From an uncultured Gemmatimonadales bacterium (GTDB taxonomy: Bacteria; Gemmatimonadota; Gemmatimonadetes; Gemmatimonadales; GWC2-71-9): DNA of 64,000 nucleotides. This document shows positions 40,544 to 50,086 of the stretch, in pieces. Position 1 is the first letter of the stretch, and every line of letters begins with the position of its first letter. Below the pieces are notes generated by a model. The model was not told the origin of the DNA. It was given only the letters and a program-made list of their open reading frames with translations, and did not search any database. The DNA lies in the NCBI GenBank assembly GCA_963798915.1, contig CAWCVB010000001.1, forward strand, positions 32,001 to 96,000, given 5' to 3'. Both the position numbers and the translations under genes were made by a program.

Positions 40544-41765
40544 TCAGCGTATGCACAAACAGGCCGCTGCGCAGCTTGGGCTCGAACCACGTGCTCTTGG
40601 GAGGCATCACGGCGCCGGCATCCGAAACCGCCATGAGCTGGTCCATGGTGGTGGGATGGAGCACGAAGGCAGCCGCCGCCTTGCCTGAGCGTACCCGCCG
40701 CTCCAGTTCGTCGGTGCCCCGCGAACCGCCCACGAAGTCCACCCTCGGGTCCGAGCGCGGATCGCCGATGGCCAGCAGCGGACCGAGGACGCGCTCGTGA
40801 AGGAGGCTGACATCGAGCGAGGCGATCGGATCGCTCCGGTCAATGGAGTCCGCCGGCAAGCGAAGCAGGTACCAGCGGTCACCGACGAAGATGCCGAGCG
40901 ATCCCGCATGGGGCGCGGGCGCCGCATCGAGCGGCTTGAGGTCGCCGAGCTGCTGCAGGCGTTCTACGAATTCGGCCGGACTCAGCCCGTTGAGGTCCCC
41001 GACCACCCGGTTATACGGCAGAATTTCCAGCTGGTCTGCCGGGAAGAGCGCCGCCAGGAACCAGTTGTACTCCTCGGCGCCATGGTGTGCTGCATTGGCG
41101 GTCCGCCGTTCCCTGCCCGCGCGCCATGCACTCGCCGAACGATGATGGCCGTCGGCAACGTACGCGACCGGAATGGTGCCCACGAGTGCCACCCAGGGAT
41201 GGGTGTCCTCGATGCGCCAGACGGTGTGCCGCACCCCGTCGTCCGCGGTAAAGTCGTACAGCGGATCCTGCCGTGTCACGCGGTCGGCGAGCCGGGCAAA
41301 TTCGGGGTCTGGCGGGATGGCCAGAAAGACCGGCTCGGCGTTGGCGTTCAGGGTAAGGACATGCCGCGTGCGATCGTCCTCCTTGTCGCGCCGGGTCTTT
41401 TCATGCTTGCGGATGACATCATGCTCGTAGTCATCCACGTGCACACAACCGACCAGCCCGGTCTGCGGCCGTCCGTTGCGAACCAGCCGATAGAGGTAGA
41501 AGGCAGGCTCGGGGTCACGCACCAGCGTGCCCTCCGCCTCGAAACGGTCCAGCGCGGCACGCGCGCCATCATACACCCGGTCATCATGCGGATCGGTGTC
41601 GGCGGGCAGGTCGATATCGGAGCGCCCAACGTGGAGAAAACTGCGCGGCTTGCCTTCGGCGAGCCGGGCCGCCTCGTCGCGGTCCACCACGTCATACGGC
41701 ACCGACGCGACTTCGGCGACATAGAGCGGGTCGGGCCGGAGCGCCCGGAAGGGATTCAGTCGCAT
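40539..41765 (-). CDS. DUF1015 family protein
   Basis: PFRALRP, VPYDVV, HEKT, YVADGHHR, MPPKSTWFEPKLRSGL. Confidence 0.9.
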   Translation of the reverse strand: MRLNPFRALRPDPLYVAEVASVPYDVVDRDEAARLAEGKPRSFLHVGRSDIDLPADTDPHDDRVYDGARAALDRFEAEGTLVRDPEPAFYLYRLVRNGRPQTGLVGCVHVDDYEHDVIRKHEKTRRDKEDDRTRHVLTLNANAEPVFLAIPPDPEFARLADRVTRQDPLYDFTADDGVRHTVWRIEDTHPWVALVGTIPVAYVADGHHRSASAWRAGRERRTANAAHHGAEEYNWFLAALFPADQLEILPYNRVVGDLNGLSPAEFVERLQQLGDLKPLDAAPAPHAGSLGIFVGDRWYLLRLPADSIDRSDPIASLDVSLLHERVLGPLLAIGDPRSDPRVDFVGGSRGTDELERRVRSGKAAAAFVLHPTTMDQLMAVSDAGAVMPPKSTWFEPKLRSGLFVHTLS

Positions 41766-41781
41766 AGGCAGGGAGAAGATA

Positions 41782-41838
41782 GACCGCTGGACGGCTGGAC
41801 GGCTAGCGGCTCGGCGGCTCGGCGGCTCGGCGGCTCGG
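41782..41838 (+). repeat. Octamer array GACGGCTG / (GGCGGCTC)n
   Basis: Read directly; related short arrays at 12205-12228 and 15593-15610. Confidence 0.8.
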
Positions 41839-41856
41839 GAAAGGGTTCAGGGCATT

Positions 41857-41913
41857 CTCACGCGGCTGAGAGCCGCTGCTCGGCAAATGTCGCCTGCGGC
41901 GACAATGCCTGAG
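41857..41913 (-). repeat. 57-bp two-hairpin element, copy A
   Basis: Reverse complement matches 57852-57908 at 52/57 positions (manual alignment). Confidence 0.85.
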
Positions 41914-41931
41914 GCAGATCTCACAGCAGGT

Positions 41932-42102
41932 GTCATCCAGAGGCCGCACCGCGGCCGAAGGATCTACTGGTCCGGGTCCCGACGCCGGTGAGAAGGTCCT
42001 TCGCTTCGCTCAGGATGACAGATCGCGCGGACCGACGACCGACGAGACGACGAGACCACTGCGCCTGCCCGCCCTGCCCGTCCTGCCCGTCCTGCCCGCC
42101 CT
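41932..42102. repeat. GTCATCC...GAAGGATC / GGTCCTTCGCTTCGCTCAGGATGAC palindromic cassette (41932-42019) followed by inverted 9-bp array
   Basis: Inverted arms read directly; (CCTGCCCGY)n at 42064-42102. Confidence 0.8.
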
Positions 42103-42142
42103 GTGTTATCCTATCTCAACACCTCAGCAACGGCCCCGTCCC

Positions 42143-43444
42143 GTGTATCTGATCCGGCTCGCCTCAGGCGAGGAACGCACATTTGCCACGATCGAAGAGC
42201 TCGCCGCTGCGGTCCAGAGCGGCGAGGTCGAGCGTGATGCGGCGATATTTCATCGCCGCACCAAGCAATGGCTCCCCTTGGAACATCATCCGTACTTCAC
42301 GTTTGCCACTGGTGAGTACAAGGCGCCCAGCGCACCCGATCGGCCGGAAACCAGATCGCCGCCGGGCGACGAGGCACCAGCGCCGGCCTCGCTGCTGGAT
42401 GAAGAAGAGCGGCTGACCTCGACACCCTCCAATGTCGCACCGCTGCGCCCGGGGCCCCCCGCCGCGCCACGCGCCGCACCGCCGCCCGTGAACGAGCCCA
42501 TCGCTCCGACCCCTCTCCGGATGGGGCGGACGGAGCCGCGCCCGCCGGAGCCGGCCCGGCGCCCCGAATCCAGGCCCCGCATCGAGACGGCCCCGCAACG
42601 AAGCGAGGCGCCGGCCGGGACCAGGCCGGCCCGGCGCCGCACCGGACTGGTCATTGCCATCATCATTATCCTGGGCTCAGCCATCGGGATATTGCTCGGC
42701 CTCAAATTGCGGAACAGCGCGGGCGGGAGGATCGCTGCCGAGGGGCCGTCGTTCCGGCCGGCGCCACCGCCGTCGTCAATTCTGGGCGACAGTGCTGGAG
42801 CGGCCGCCGCGGACAGTCTGACAAGGGGCCGAGCCAGGCCGGGCGCAACCCGGCGGATCGATCCCACCGCGCCAGTCAACTCCGACCAGCTGATGGATCG
42901 CCGGGAGCAGACGTTCCTGAATGCCCAGGCCCAGCTTGGGCGCGACCTGGCCGCGGTGGACTTCAACGGGATCTTCGGCGTGAGGGCACTCAGCTCGCCG
43001 GATGGTGCACGCGCGGCAAGGCGGGTGGTGGCTTCGGCACTCAACGTGGTGGGCCAGTTCCACCGGCGCGAAGTAATGGCGGACCGGGCCTACGAGGACA
43101 CGGCGGCCTATCAGACCACCCGCGCCGGCTGGACCAGGGACCAGATCACCGCATGGGACCATCGGCCCACCCTGAAAGAGCCGTACCAGTCCGCCGACCT
43201 GGCCGAGTCGCTGCTGGCGGACGCCGACAGCCTGCTCAGCATTCTCGGGTCTGGCACACAATGGACTGTGGAGGGTGACAGTCTGCGTTTCGTGGAGAAC
43301 GACCGTGCAGCGGCGTATCGCGCCCAGCGCCAAAGAATTACGCAACGCGCGGGGCCGCCGGTGGTGGATACCGCCGCGCGGCCGGCGCTTGCCTACGTGC
43401 GCGGCGCGGTGAACCCTGCATTACTGCCACCGGCCACAGAATAG
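42143..43444 (+). CDS. Bitopic membrane protein: GYF_2-like N-domain, Pro-rich linker, TM, helical C-domain (paralog 1)
   Basis: EELAAAVQSGEV...IFH....WLPL pattern; TM GLVIAIIIILGSAIGILLGL; similar to 52177-53625 at both ends. Confidence 0.75.
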   Translation: MYLIRLASGEERTFATIEELAAAVQSGEVERDAAIFHRRTKQWLPLEHHPYFTFATGEYKAPSAPDRPETRSPPGDEAPAPASLLDEEERLTSTPSNVAPLRPGPPAAPRAAPPPVNEPIAPTPLRMGRTEPRPPEPARRPESRPRIETAPQRSEAPAGTRPARRRTGLVIAIIIILGSAIGILLGLKLRNSAGGRIAAEGPSFRPAPPPSSILGDSAGAAAADSLTRGRARPGATRRIDPTAPVNSDQLMDRREQTFLNAQAQLGRDLAAVDFNGIFGVRALSSPDGARAARRVVASALNVVGQFHRREVMADRAYEDTAAYQTTRAGWTRDQITAWDHRPTLKEPYQSADLAESLLADADSLLSILGSGTQWTVEGDSLRFVENDRAAAYRAQRQRITQRAGPPVVDTAARPALAYVRGAVNPALLPPATE

Positions 43445-43447
43445 AAT

Positions 43448-44830
43448 TCAGGGCGCGGGCGCGTGGTCAATCAACACGCGCGCCATCTCCCGGTTCAGTC
43501 GATGGCGCACCCGCAATACCAGCAGTGTCGCGACGACACCAAGCCCTGCCACCAGACCCCACCAGAGTCCCTGTGGGCCCATTCGCATGGGAAACGCCAG
43601 CCAGAGACTGATCGGCAGGCCTACGAGCCAGAATCCGACCAGACCGATGATCATCGGATACCGCGTGTCTGCCACCCCCCGCAGGACACCGGCCGAGACC
43701 GCCTGCAGCCCGTCGAAGACCTGAAAGACGCCGGCGATCGGAATCAGGGTGGCGGCAAGCGTGACGACCGCCGCATCCCGGGAATAGAGCTGGGCGAACA
43801 GCGTTGGCAGGCTGACGAACGTGAGTGCCGTGCAGCTCATGAAGCCGACACCAAGCAGGAGTGATGCGCGCGCCGCCGCGCGCACCTGCTCCGGCCGGCC
43901 CTGGCCGACGGCGCGGCCGACCAGCACCGTGGCAGCGGCCGAGATACCGAGCGGGACCATGAACGTGAGCGACGCGAGGTTCAGTGCCACTTGATGCGCG
44001 GCCACCGCATCGGTGCCCAGACGCCCCATGAGCAGCCCGACTCCGCCGAACACACCGAACTCCAGCGCCATATGGATACCAATGGGCGCGCCGATCGCGA
44101 CCATGCGACGCAATGGCGCCGTGCGGAAAACCTCCGGGTGCAGTTCGCGGAGGTGGCCGTGGAGCTCGGGCCAGGCAGCCACCAGCAGCCCGAGCACTAT
44201 CACCCAGCGGGACGTGGTCGTGGCCCAGGCGGCGCCATTGGCACCCAGCGGCGGCATGCCCAGGTGTCCATAGACCAGACTCCAGTCGAGGAGCGCGTTG
44301 AGCAGGTTGGCCAGGAGCGTGAGCCAGACGATGGGTGCGAGCCGGCCCATGGCCTGGAGCGTCTGACGGAAAACCAGGAAGGCAAAGAACGGGAACACAC
44401 CCGGGATGATCCGCAGGGTATAGGCGTGGGCAATGACGACTGCGTCCGCGGGCTGGCCCAGCAGGGTCAGCGCCGGCCCGGCAAAGAAAAACGGGATGGA
44501 GACTGGCACCGTCAGTACGAGGGAAATCAGCAGCCCACGCTGCACCGCACGCGCAATTGCCTGCTCATCGCCAGCGCCCACTGCCTGCGAGACCACCGGA
44601 TCCAGCGCCATCACGATGCCAGTTCCGAAGATGGCAAAGGCAAAGAAGTACACATTGCCGAGCGCCACTCCCGCCAGCGCAGCGGCCGAGACCCGGCCCA
44701 CCATGATGGAGTCCACCACACCCATGAGCATGAGCCCGACCTGGACCACGACCACCGGAAGGGCCAGGCGCAGCAGCTCGCGGAATTCGGACCCGGCTGA
44801 CAGGCGTGGGTGGATTGGTTGGCGTAGCAT
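43448..44830 (-). CDS. MATE family efflux transporter (NorM-like)
   Basis: LLRLALPV, VDSIMVG, LGANGAAWAT, AAHQVA, FQVFDGLQ, GVLRG..DT. Confidence 0.93.
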   Translation of the reverse strand: MLRQPIHPRLSAGSEFRELLRLALPVVVVQVGLMLMGVVDSIMVGRVSAAALAGVALGNVYFFAFAIFGTGIVMALDPVVSQAVGAGDEQAIARAVQRGLLISLVLTVPVSIPFFFAGPALTLLGQPADAVVIAHAYTLRIIPGVFPFFAFLVFRQTLQAMGRLAPIVWLTLLANLLNALLDWSLVYGHLGMPPLGANGAAWATTTSRWVIVLGLLVAAWPELHGHLRELHPEVFRTAPLRRMVAIGAPIGIHMALEFGVFGGVGLLMGRLGTDAVAAHQVALNLASLTFMVPLGISAAATVLVGRAVGQGRPEQVRAAARASLLLGVGFMSCTALTFVSLPTLFAQLYSRDAAVVTLAATLIPIAGVFQVFDGLQAVSAGVLRGVADTRYPMIIGLVGFWLVGLPISLWLAFPMRMGPQGLWWGLVAGLGVVATLLVLRVRHRLNREMARVLIDHAPAP

Positions 44831-44940
44831 GGCGGCGGAATCTAGCGAGTGCAGAAGTCTGCAACAGCGCGCCGGCGGCTGGCACGGAATTTGGAAATGG
44901 AAGGTGCAACCCCCGGAATCGCGCCGTTTTCTCCTGTTTC

Positions 44941-46092
44941 ATGGCGGTGAAACGCGACGCCGACGGAGTTTCTGCAAGCGACCTCCAGCGCCAAAGGATC
45001 CGACCCGTGACCGCAGCCCTCGAGCCTGATGTCATTCCAGCGGAGCCCGCCCTGCCTGAAGTACCTGTCGTTCGCGGCCGCACCTGGAAGCCGGCTCGCC
45101 AGATTGCGGTGGACCTGGGAACGGCCAATACGCTGGTGCTGGTTCGGGGCGAGGGCGTGGTGCTCGATGAGCCTTCGGTGGCCGCGATGGACCAGGCCAC
45201 CGGCCGGATTCTCGGTGTCGGACACGAAGCCAAGCGGATGCTGGGTCGTACACCTGATGGCATCCGGGCGGTGCGCCCGATGCAGGACGGGGTGATCGCC
45301 GACTTCAGCGTTGCCGAGCAGATGCTGCGGCTCTTCCTGAAGAAAGTGCTCGATCGCCACATCCTCCGGGTCAAGCCGACCGTGCTGGTCTGTGTTCCCT
45401 CCAGCATCACTGAAGTCGAGCGGCGCGCCGTGCGCGATTCGGCGGAAGGCGCCGGCGCCAAGCGCATGTTCATGATCTCGGAGCCGATGGCCGCCGCGAT
45501 CGGTGCCGGGCTCCCGGTGGATGCCCCGACCGGATGCATGATCGTGGACATCGGCGGCGGCACCACCGACATCGCCGTGATCGCGCTCAACGGCATCGTC
45601 TGCGATGCCAGCGTCCGCACCGCCGGCGACGAGCTGGATCAGTCGATCGTGCAGTACATGCGCAAGACCTACAACGTGCTGATTGGCGAGCCCACCGCGG
45701 AATGCATCAAGATGCGCATTGGCAGCGCCATGCCGCTGGAAGACGAACTGTCGATGGGGGTCAAGGGGCGCGACCTGGTCTCGGGACTGCCCCGCACGGT
45801 AGTGGTTGATTCCGCCGGCATTCGCGATGCCCTGCAGGAGTCCCTCCAGAAGATCATCAACGGTATCCGTCAGGCGCTGGAAGTAACCCCTCCTGAACTC
45901 GCCAGCGATATTCTCGATCGCGGCATCACGCTCACTGGGGGTGGCGCCTACATCCGCCGCATGGCGGAACTCATCACCTTCGAAACCGGCCTGCCGGTCC
46001 ACATGGACTCCAACCCGCTGACCTGCGTGGTGCGCGGGACCGGGCTGGTCCTGGATGACCTGGCCCGCTGGCGGAGCGTGCTGACGGTGTAG
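44941..46092 (+). CDS. mreB: MreB-family actin-like protein with N-terminal extension (alternative start GTG 45007)
   Basis: VDLGTANT, EPSV, RPMQDGVIADF, EVERRAV, EPMAAAIGAGLP, VDIGGGTTD, KGRDLVSGLP, PPELASDI, LTGGGA. Confidence 0.93.
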   Translation: MAVKRDADGVSASDLQRQRIRPVTAALEPDVIPAEPALPEVPVVRGRTWKPARQIAVDLGTANTLVLVRGEGVVLDEPSVAAMDQATGRILGVGHEAKRMLGRTPDGIRAVRPMQDGVIADFSVAEQMLRLFLKKVLDRHILRVKPTVLVCVPSSITEVERRAVRDSAEGAGAKRMFMISEPMAAAIGAGLPVDAPTGCMIVDIGGGTTDIAVIALNGIVCDASVRTAGDELDQSIVQYMRKTYNVLIGEPTAECIKMRIGSAMPLEDELSMGVKGRDLVSGLPRTVVVDSAGIRDALQESLQKIINGIRQALEVTPPELASDILDRGITLTGGGAYIRRMAELITFETGLPVHMDSNPLTCVVRGTGLVLDDLARWRSVLTV

Positions 46093-46210
46093 ACAGGACG
46101 GGCGGGACGGGCTGGATGGGCTGGATGGGCTGGATGGGCGGGATGGGCCGGCCGGCAGGGCGCGGACGCGCCTGGCAGCCCGGCCCGGCGCCGACCCGTC
46201 CTGCCGACCC
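46092..46210. repeat. Degenerate 9-bp array (GGGCKGGAY)n from the mreB stop, with short inverted copy
   Basis: Read directly: GTAGACAGGACGGGCGGGACGGGCTGGATGGGCTGGATGGG... Confidence 0.85.
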
Positions 46211-46242
46211 CCGCCTCCCAACCCTCCCGTCTAGATTCAGAC

Positions 46243-47697
46243 ATGTCGTACCTCTCCGAGGATCAGCGCGGCCCCGGCTGGTGGCCGATTCCCCGACTGG
46301 CAGACGTCGCGCACGACGCCCGCACCAGGGAAGTCGTGGCGATCTGGCTGGTGGCTGGCCTGGTGGCCGTGCTCACGGCCGTGCTGGAGGCCCGGCTCAA
46401 CTGGAGTGGTATCCCGGTCCACCTGGGCTTCGTGACGGTGCCCCTCTCGATCTATCCTCCGCTCGCCATCACGCTCCTGCTGACTCTCTGGGTTGGTCCG
46501 GCCTGGGGTGCGATTCCCGCCTGGCTCGCTACGACGGTGAGCGGGTTGATGGCTGGGGTGACGCTCCCAGCCGCCATGCTTTTCGGCCTGGCGACACCGA
46601 TCGAGCTCGTCATCGTATGGGGAGCCATGGTGGTCCTGAATGCGCACCCCGACCTCGAAGACAGCGCCGATGTCGGGAAATTCCTGCTCGCCGGCGTCAT
46701 CGCCGCCACGGCGTCATCACTGGCGGGGCTGATCTGGATCACGACTCGCCAGCTGGACATGATGGAGGCCCAGCGGGTCTGGCGCGGATGGATTGTGGGC
46801 GACGTGCTTCAGCTCGTCGCGCTGGTGCCGGTGCTGCATTACATCGGCCACCCGGTCCGGAGCTGGGTTGACCGGATGGCGGCGAATCCGCCGCGCCACG
46901 CCTTTCGCTTCTCGCGTGCCGTCATGCTGGTTGCCGGCGTCGTCACGGTGCTCGCCGTGCTGGTCTTTGTCGGCGTGCGCCTCAGTGTCCATGCACTGGA
47001 CCTGGCGCCGGGGACCCTCACCGCCGGCGGACAGGCGCTGGTACCCCGCCTCCAGGAACTGGGCCTCTTCGTCGGGCTGCTTTTCGCCGTCACGGCCCTG
47101 ACGACCACCAGTTTTGCCTTCGCGCTGGCCCGCATCGGCGAGCGCGAACGGGGCGCCGCCCAGCGGGACCCGCTCACCGGCTGCTTCAACCGGCGGGCCT
47201 TTGCCACCTTGTTCGAGCGCGAAGTGGAGCGCAGCAAGCGGCTGGGACGCGGCCTTTCGCTCATCTATTTCGATATCGATCACTTCAAGCGCATCAACGA
47301 CACCCATGGCCACGACGTCGGCGACGCGATGCTGCGGCACCTGGTGAGCGTCACCCAGGCCGAAAGCCGGGAGCACGATATCCTCTTTCGGTGGGGTGGT
47401 GAGGAGTTCGTGCTGCTCTTGCCCCATACACCGCCCGACGAGGCGCTCGCCCTTGCCGAACGGCTGCGGCAGCGCGTCGCGCTCTCGCCGCTGCAGCGCG
47501 CCTCAGGAGCGGCCATTGCCGCCACCATCAGTCTCGGCACCGCCGGCAGCGCAGCGCTGCCGGTCACCGCGTCAACCATGATTGCCGTGGCGGATGCGGC
47601 GTGCTACCTGGCCAAGCGCGCCGGACGGAACCGGGTGGAGGATGGCACCAGGCTCACGGCAGAGACCGCGGAGCTGCCGGTGCTGGAGCATGCATGA
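46243..47697 (+). CDS. Membrane-bound diguanylate cyclase (MASE1-like TMs plus GGDEF domain)
   Basis: DPLTGCFNRR, DIDHFKRINDTHGHDVGD, I-site REHD, RWGGEEF, AKRAGRNR. Confidence 0.93.
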   Translation: MSYLSEDQRGPGWWPIPRLADVAHDARTREVVAIWLVAGLVAVLTAVLEARLNWSGIPVHLGFVTVPLSIYPPLAITLLLTLWVGPAWGAIPAWLATTVSGLMAGVTLPAAMLFGLATPIELVIVWGAMVVLNAHPDLEDSADVGKFLLAGVIAATASSLAGLIWITTRQLDMMEAQRVWRGWIVGDVLQLVALVPVLHYIGHPVRSWVDRMAANPPRHAFRFSRAVMLVAGVVTVLAVLVFVGVRLSVHALDLAPGTLTAGGQALVPRLQELGLFVGLLFAVTALTTTSFAFALARIGERERGAAQRDPLTGCFNRRAFATLFEREVERSKRLGRGLSLIYFDIDHFKRINDTHGHDVGDAMLRHLVSVTQAESREHDILFRWGGEEFVLLLPHTPPDEALALAERLRQRVALSPLQRASGAAIAATISLGTAGSAALPVTASTMIAVADAACYLAKRAGRNRVEDGTRLTAETAELPVLEHA

Positions 47698-49862
47698 AGA
47701 TCGGGGAGGTCACCCGCCGGTGCCGTAGCGCCGCCGAAAGGGCGGGCGCCTGGATACGGGCCGCCGGCCGGCGCGCGGCGGCCACGCCGCAGGGCCAGTG
47801 GGTGCGGGCCCACTGGCTGGCATCGACTCTCATCGTGGTGCTGTTTGGCACCACCGTCACCGCCGGCTACGCCTTCTCCTGCGGCTTCCGTGGCTGCCCG
47901 TCCACCGAGAGCATCCAGGCCTTCCAACCGCGCGAGGGAAGCAAGGTCCTGGGCCGATCAGGGCAGCTGATCGGACGGCTGGAGTACGTGCGCCGGGTGA
48001 ACCTGCCACTCGACAGCGTTCCGCTTCGGCTGCGGCAGGCCTTCATCGCGGTCGAGGACCGCCGCTTCTACCAGCACCATGGCGTGGACTGGCGCAGCGT
48101 CTTCCGCGCCGCGTTCCGCAACGCACGCGCCCTCGGCGTCTCCGAGGGATTCAGCACCATCACCATGCAGGTCGTGCGTAACGCCTTCCTTCCGGACATC
48201 GCCCAGGAACGGACCCTCCGGCGCAAGCTCATCGAGGTGGTGCTGGCGCGCCGGCTCGAGCACAGTCTCTCGAAGGACCAGATCCTCCAGCTCTACCTGA
48301 ACATCATTTACCTCGGCGGCGGGGTGTACGGGGTCGAAGCGGCGAGCCGGGACTTCTTCGGAAAGCATGCGAGTGAACTGTCGCTACCCGAGATGGCCAT
48401 GTTGGCCGCCCTGCCCAAGGGGCCAAGCGCATATGACCCGCGCCGGCACCCGGAGCGCGCGCGCTCTCGGCGAAACCTGGTGCTGGCGCTGATGGCGCAG
48501 GAGGGATTCATACCGGAGTCCACCGCCACGGCGGCGGAGCATGCGAAGCTCATCGTGAAAAAGCAGGGCTGGTATCCGGACGTGGCCCAGATCGACGCGA
48601 TCGATCCGGTGCGTGTCATGGTGGATTCGGTGCTTGGGGACGACGTCGACCGGTATGGTGACATCATCGTCCACACGACGCTCGATCCCCGGGCGCAGCG
48701 GGCCGCCGAGCGAGCGGTGCGCCGGCACGCCGCAGCCATTGAGCGGCAGGCTGAATCAGGCGGTCGGAAGCGGCAGGAGGCCGTCGAGGGCGCCATGGTG
48801 GCGCTGGACCCCGAGACCGGCGGCATTCTGGCCCTGGTCAACGGCAACCACTATGAGCGTGGCGGCTTCATGCGCGCCTACGCGGCGCACCGCCAACCGG
48901 GCTCGGCCTTCAAGCCATTCGTCTACGGGGCCGCGCTGGCGGAAGGCTACACGCCCGCCACGGTGCTGGATGATTCCCCGGTGGAACTCGAGCTGGCCTC
49001 GGGCGAGACCTGGGAGCCCGATAACTATGGCGGTGAGTATTCGGGCCAGCTCACCATGCGCCGCGCCCTCATGCTGTCGGCCAACGCAGCTGCGGTGCGC
49101 ATGGCTGACCTGGCGGGCCGCCCCAACGTCATCACCTTTGCGCATCACCTGGGCATCAGCAGCCCCCTGCCGGACGTTCCTTCCCTGCCGCTTGGCTCGG
49201 CCGAAGTCACTCCCCTGGAGCTGGTACGAGGGTACGCGCCGTTTGCCAATGGCGGATATCGGGTCACGCCGCGACTGGTCACCAGCATCACCCAGCGCAA
49301 TGGCGAGATCATCTGGCAGGAGGATTCCACCATGCGCGCGCGGGTCCAGGTGATGGATCCGCGCGAGGCATTTCAGCTGACCTCGATGCTCCGCTCCGTG
49401 GTCGATCACGGGACGGCATTCGAGATCCGCCGGGAAGGGGTGCGCGGGCCCATCGCGGGCAAGACGGGGACGACCAATGATGGCAAGGATGTCTGGTTCG
49501 TGGGCCTCACACCAACTGTGGTGGCCGGTTTCTGGTTCGGCTATGACGTGCCGCAGTCACTTGGCTACGGCGCTACGGGCGGCCACATGGCGGCGCCCGC
49601 CTTCGCCGATTTCTATCGCGAGGGCTGGGCTGGGAGGGATACCACTGACTGGTCCAGGCCACCGGGCATGGTGAGCCGGGTCATCGATTCGTACAACGGC
49701 GAACTGGCCAACGAATACTGTCCGGTCACCCACCAGGAATGGTTCAAGGCGGGCACGGAGCCAACGACGGTCTGCCAGGAGCACAGTGGCTCGTTCTGGG
49801 ACGCGCTGGGCGAGATCGGCGGCGCCATCGGGAAGGCGTTCAAGAAGGCGTTGGGGTTCTGA
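47694..49862 (+). CDS. Class A penicillin-binding protein (PBP1A family)
   Basis: Transglycosylase motifs EDRRFYQHHG, STITMQ, RKLIE, YLN; transpeptidase motifs SAFK, SAN, KTGT; ATGA overlap with the cyclase. Confidence 0.95.
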   Translation: MKIGEVTRRCRSAAERAGAWIRAAGRRAAATPQGQWVRAHWLASTLIVVLFGTTVTAGYAFSCGFRGCPSTESIQAFQPREGSKVLGRSGQLIGRLEYVRRVNLPLDSVPLRLRQAFIAVEDRRFYQHHGVDWRSVFRAAFRNARALGVSEGFSTITMQVVRNAFLPDIAQERTLRRKLIEVVLARRLEHSLSKDQILQLYLNIIYLGGGVYGVEAASRDFFGKHASELSLPEMAMLAALPKGPSAYDPRRHPERARSRRNLVLALMAQEGFIPESTATAAEHAKLIVKKQGWYPDVAQIDAIDPVRVMVDSVLGDDVDRYGDIIVHTTLDPRAQRAAERAVRRHAAAIERQAESGGRKRQEAVEGAMVALDPETGGILALVNGNHYERGGFMRAYAAHRQPGSAFKPFVYGAALAEGYTPATVLDDSPVELELASGETWEPDNYGGEYSGQLTMRRALMLSANAAAVRMADLAGRPNVITFAHHLGISSPLPDVPSLPLGSAEVTPLELVRGYAPFANGGYRVTPRLVTSITQRNGEIIWQEDSTMRARVQVMDPREAFQLTSMLRSVVDHGTAFEIRREGVRGPIAGKTGTTNDGKDVWFVGLTPTVVAGFWFGYDVPQSLGYGATGGHMAAPAFADFYREGWAGRDTTDWSRPPGMVSRVIDSYNGELANEYCPVTHQEWFKAGTEPTTVCQEHSGSFWDALGEIGGAIGKAFKKALGF

Positions 49863-49873
49863 GGGGCGGAGAG

Positions 49874-50086
49874 CGGTCGACGGTCGACGGTCGACGGTCA
49901 ACGGTCAACGGTCAACGGTCAACGGTCAACGGTCGACAAGGCTCGCCCCATCGTCACCCCGGTGCAAACCGGGGTCCATGAGAGACTCGGGCACGGCAAC
50001 GACGCACAGATGAGCCCTCATCGATTCCCGCGTGCGCGGGAATGACGGTCCGACAAGAACCTGCCCGCCCGTCCTGCCCGTCCTGT
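49874..50086. repeat. Composite element: (CGGTCRA)x9 at 49874-49936, linker, 94-bp cassette (49953-50046), inverted 9-bp array
   Basis: Read directly; lies between convergent PBP1A and efp. Confidence 0.92.

Noticed and set aside
7678..50086. Tandem arrays as a CRISPR array
   Set aside because: Units are 7-9 bp and directly adjacent, with no unique spacers and no cas genes in the window.
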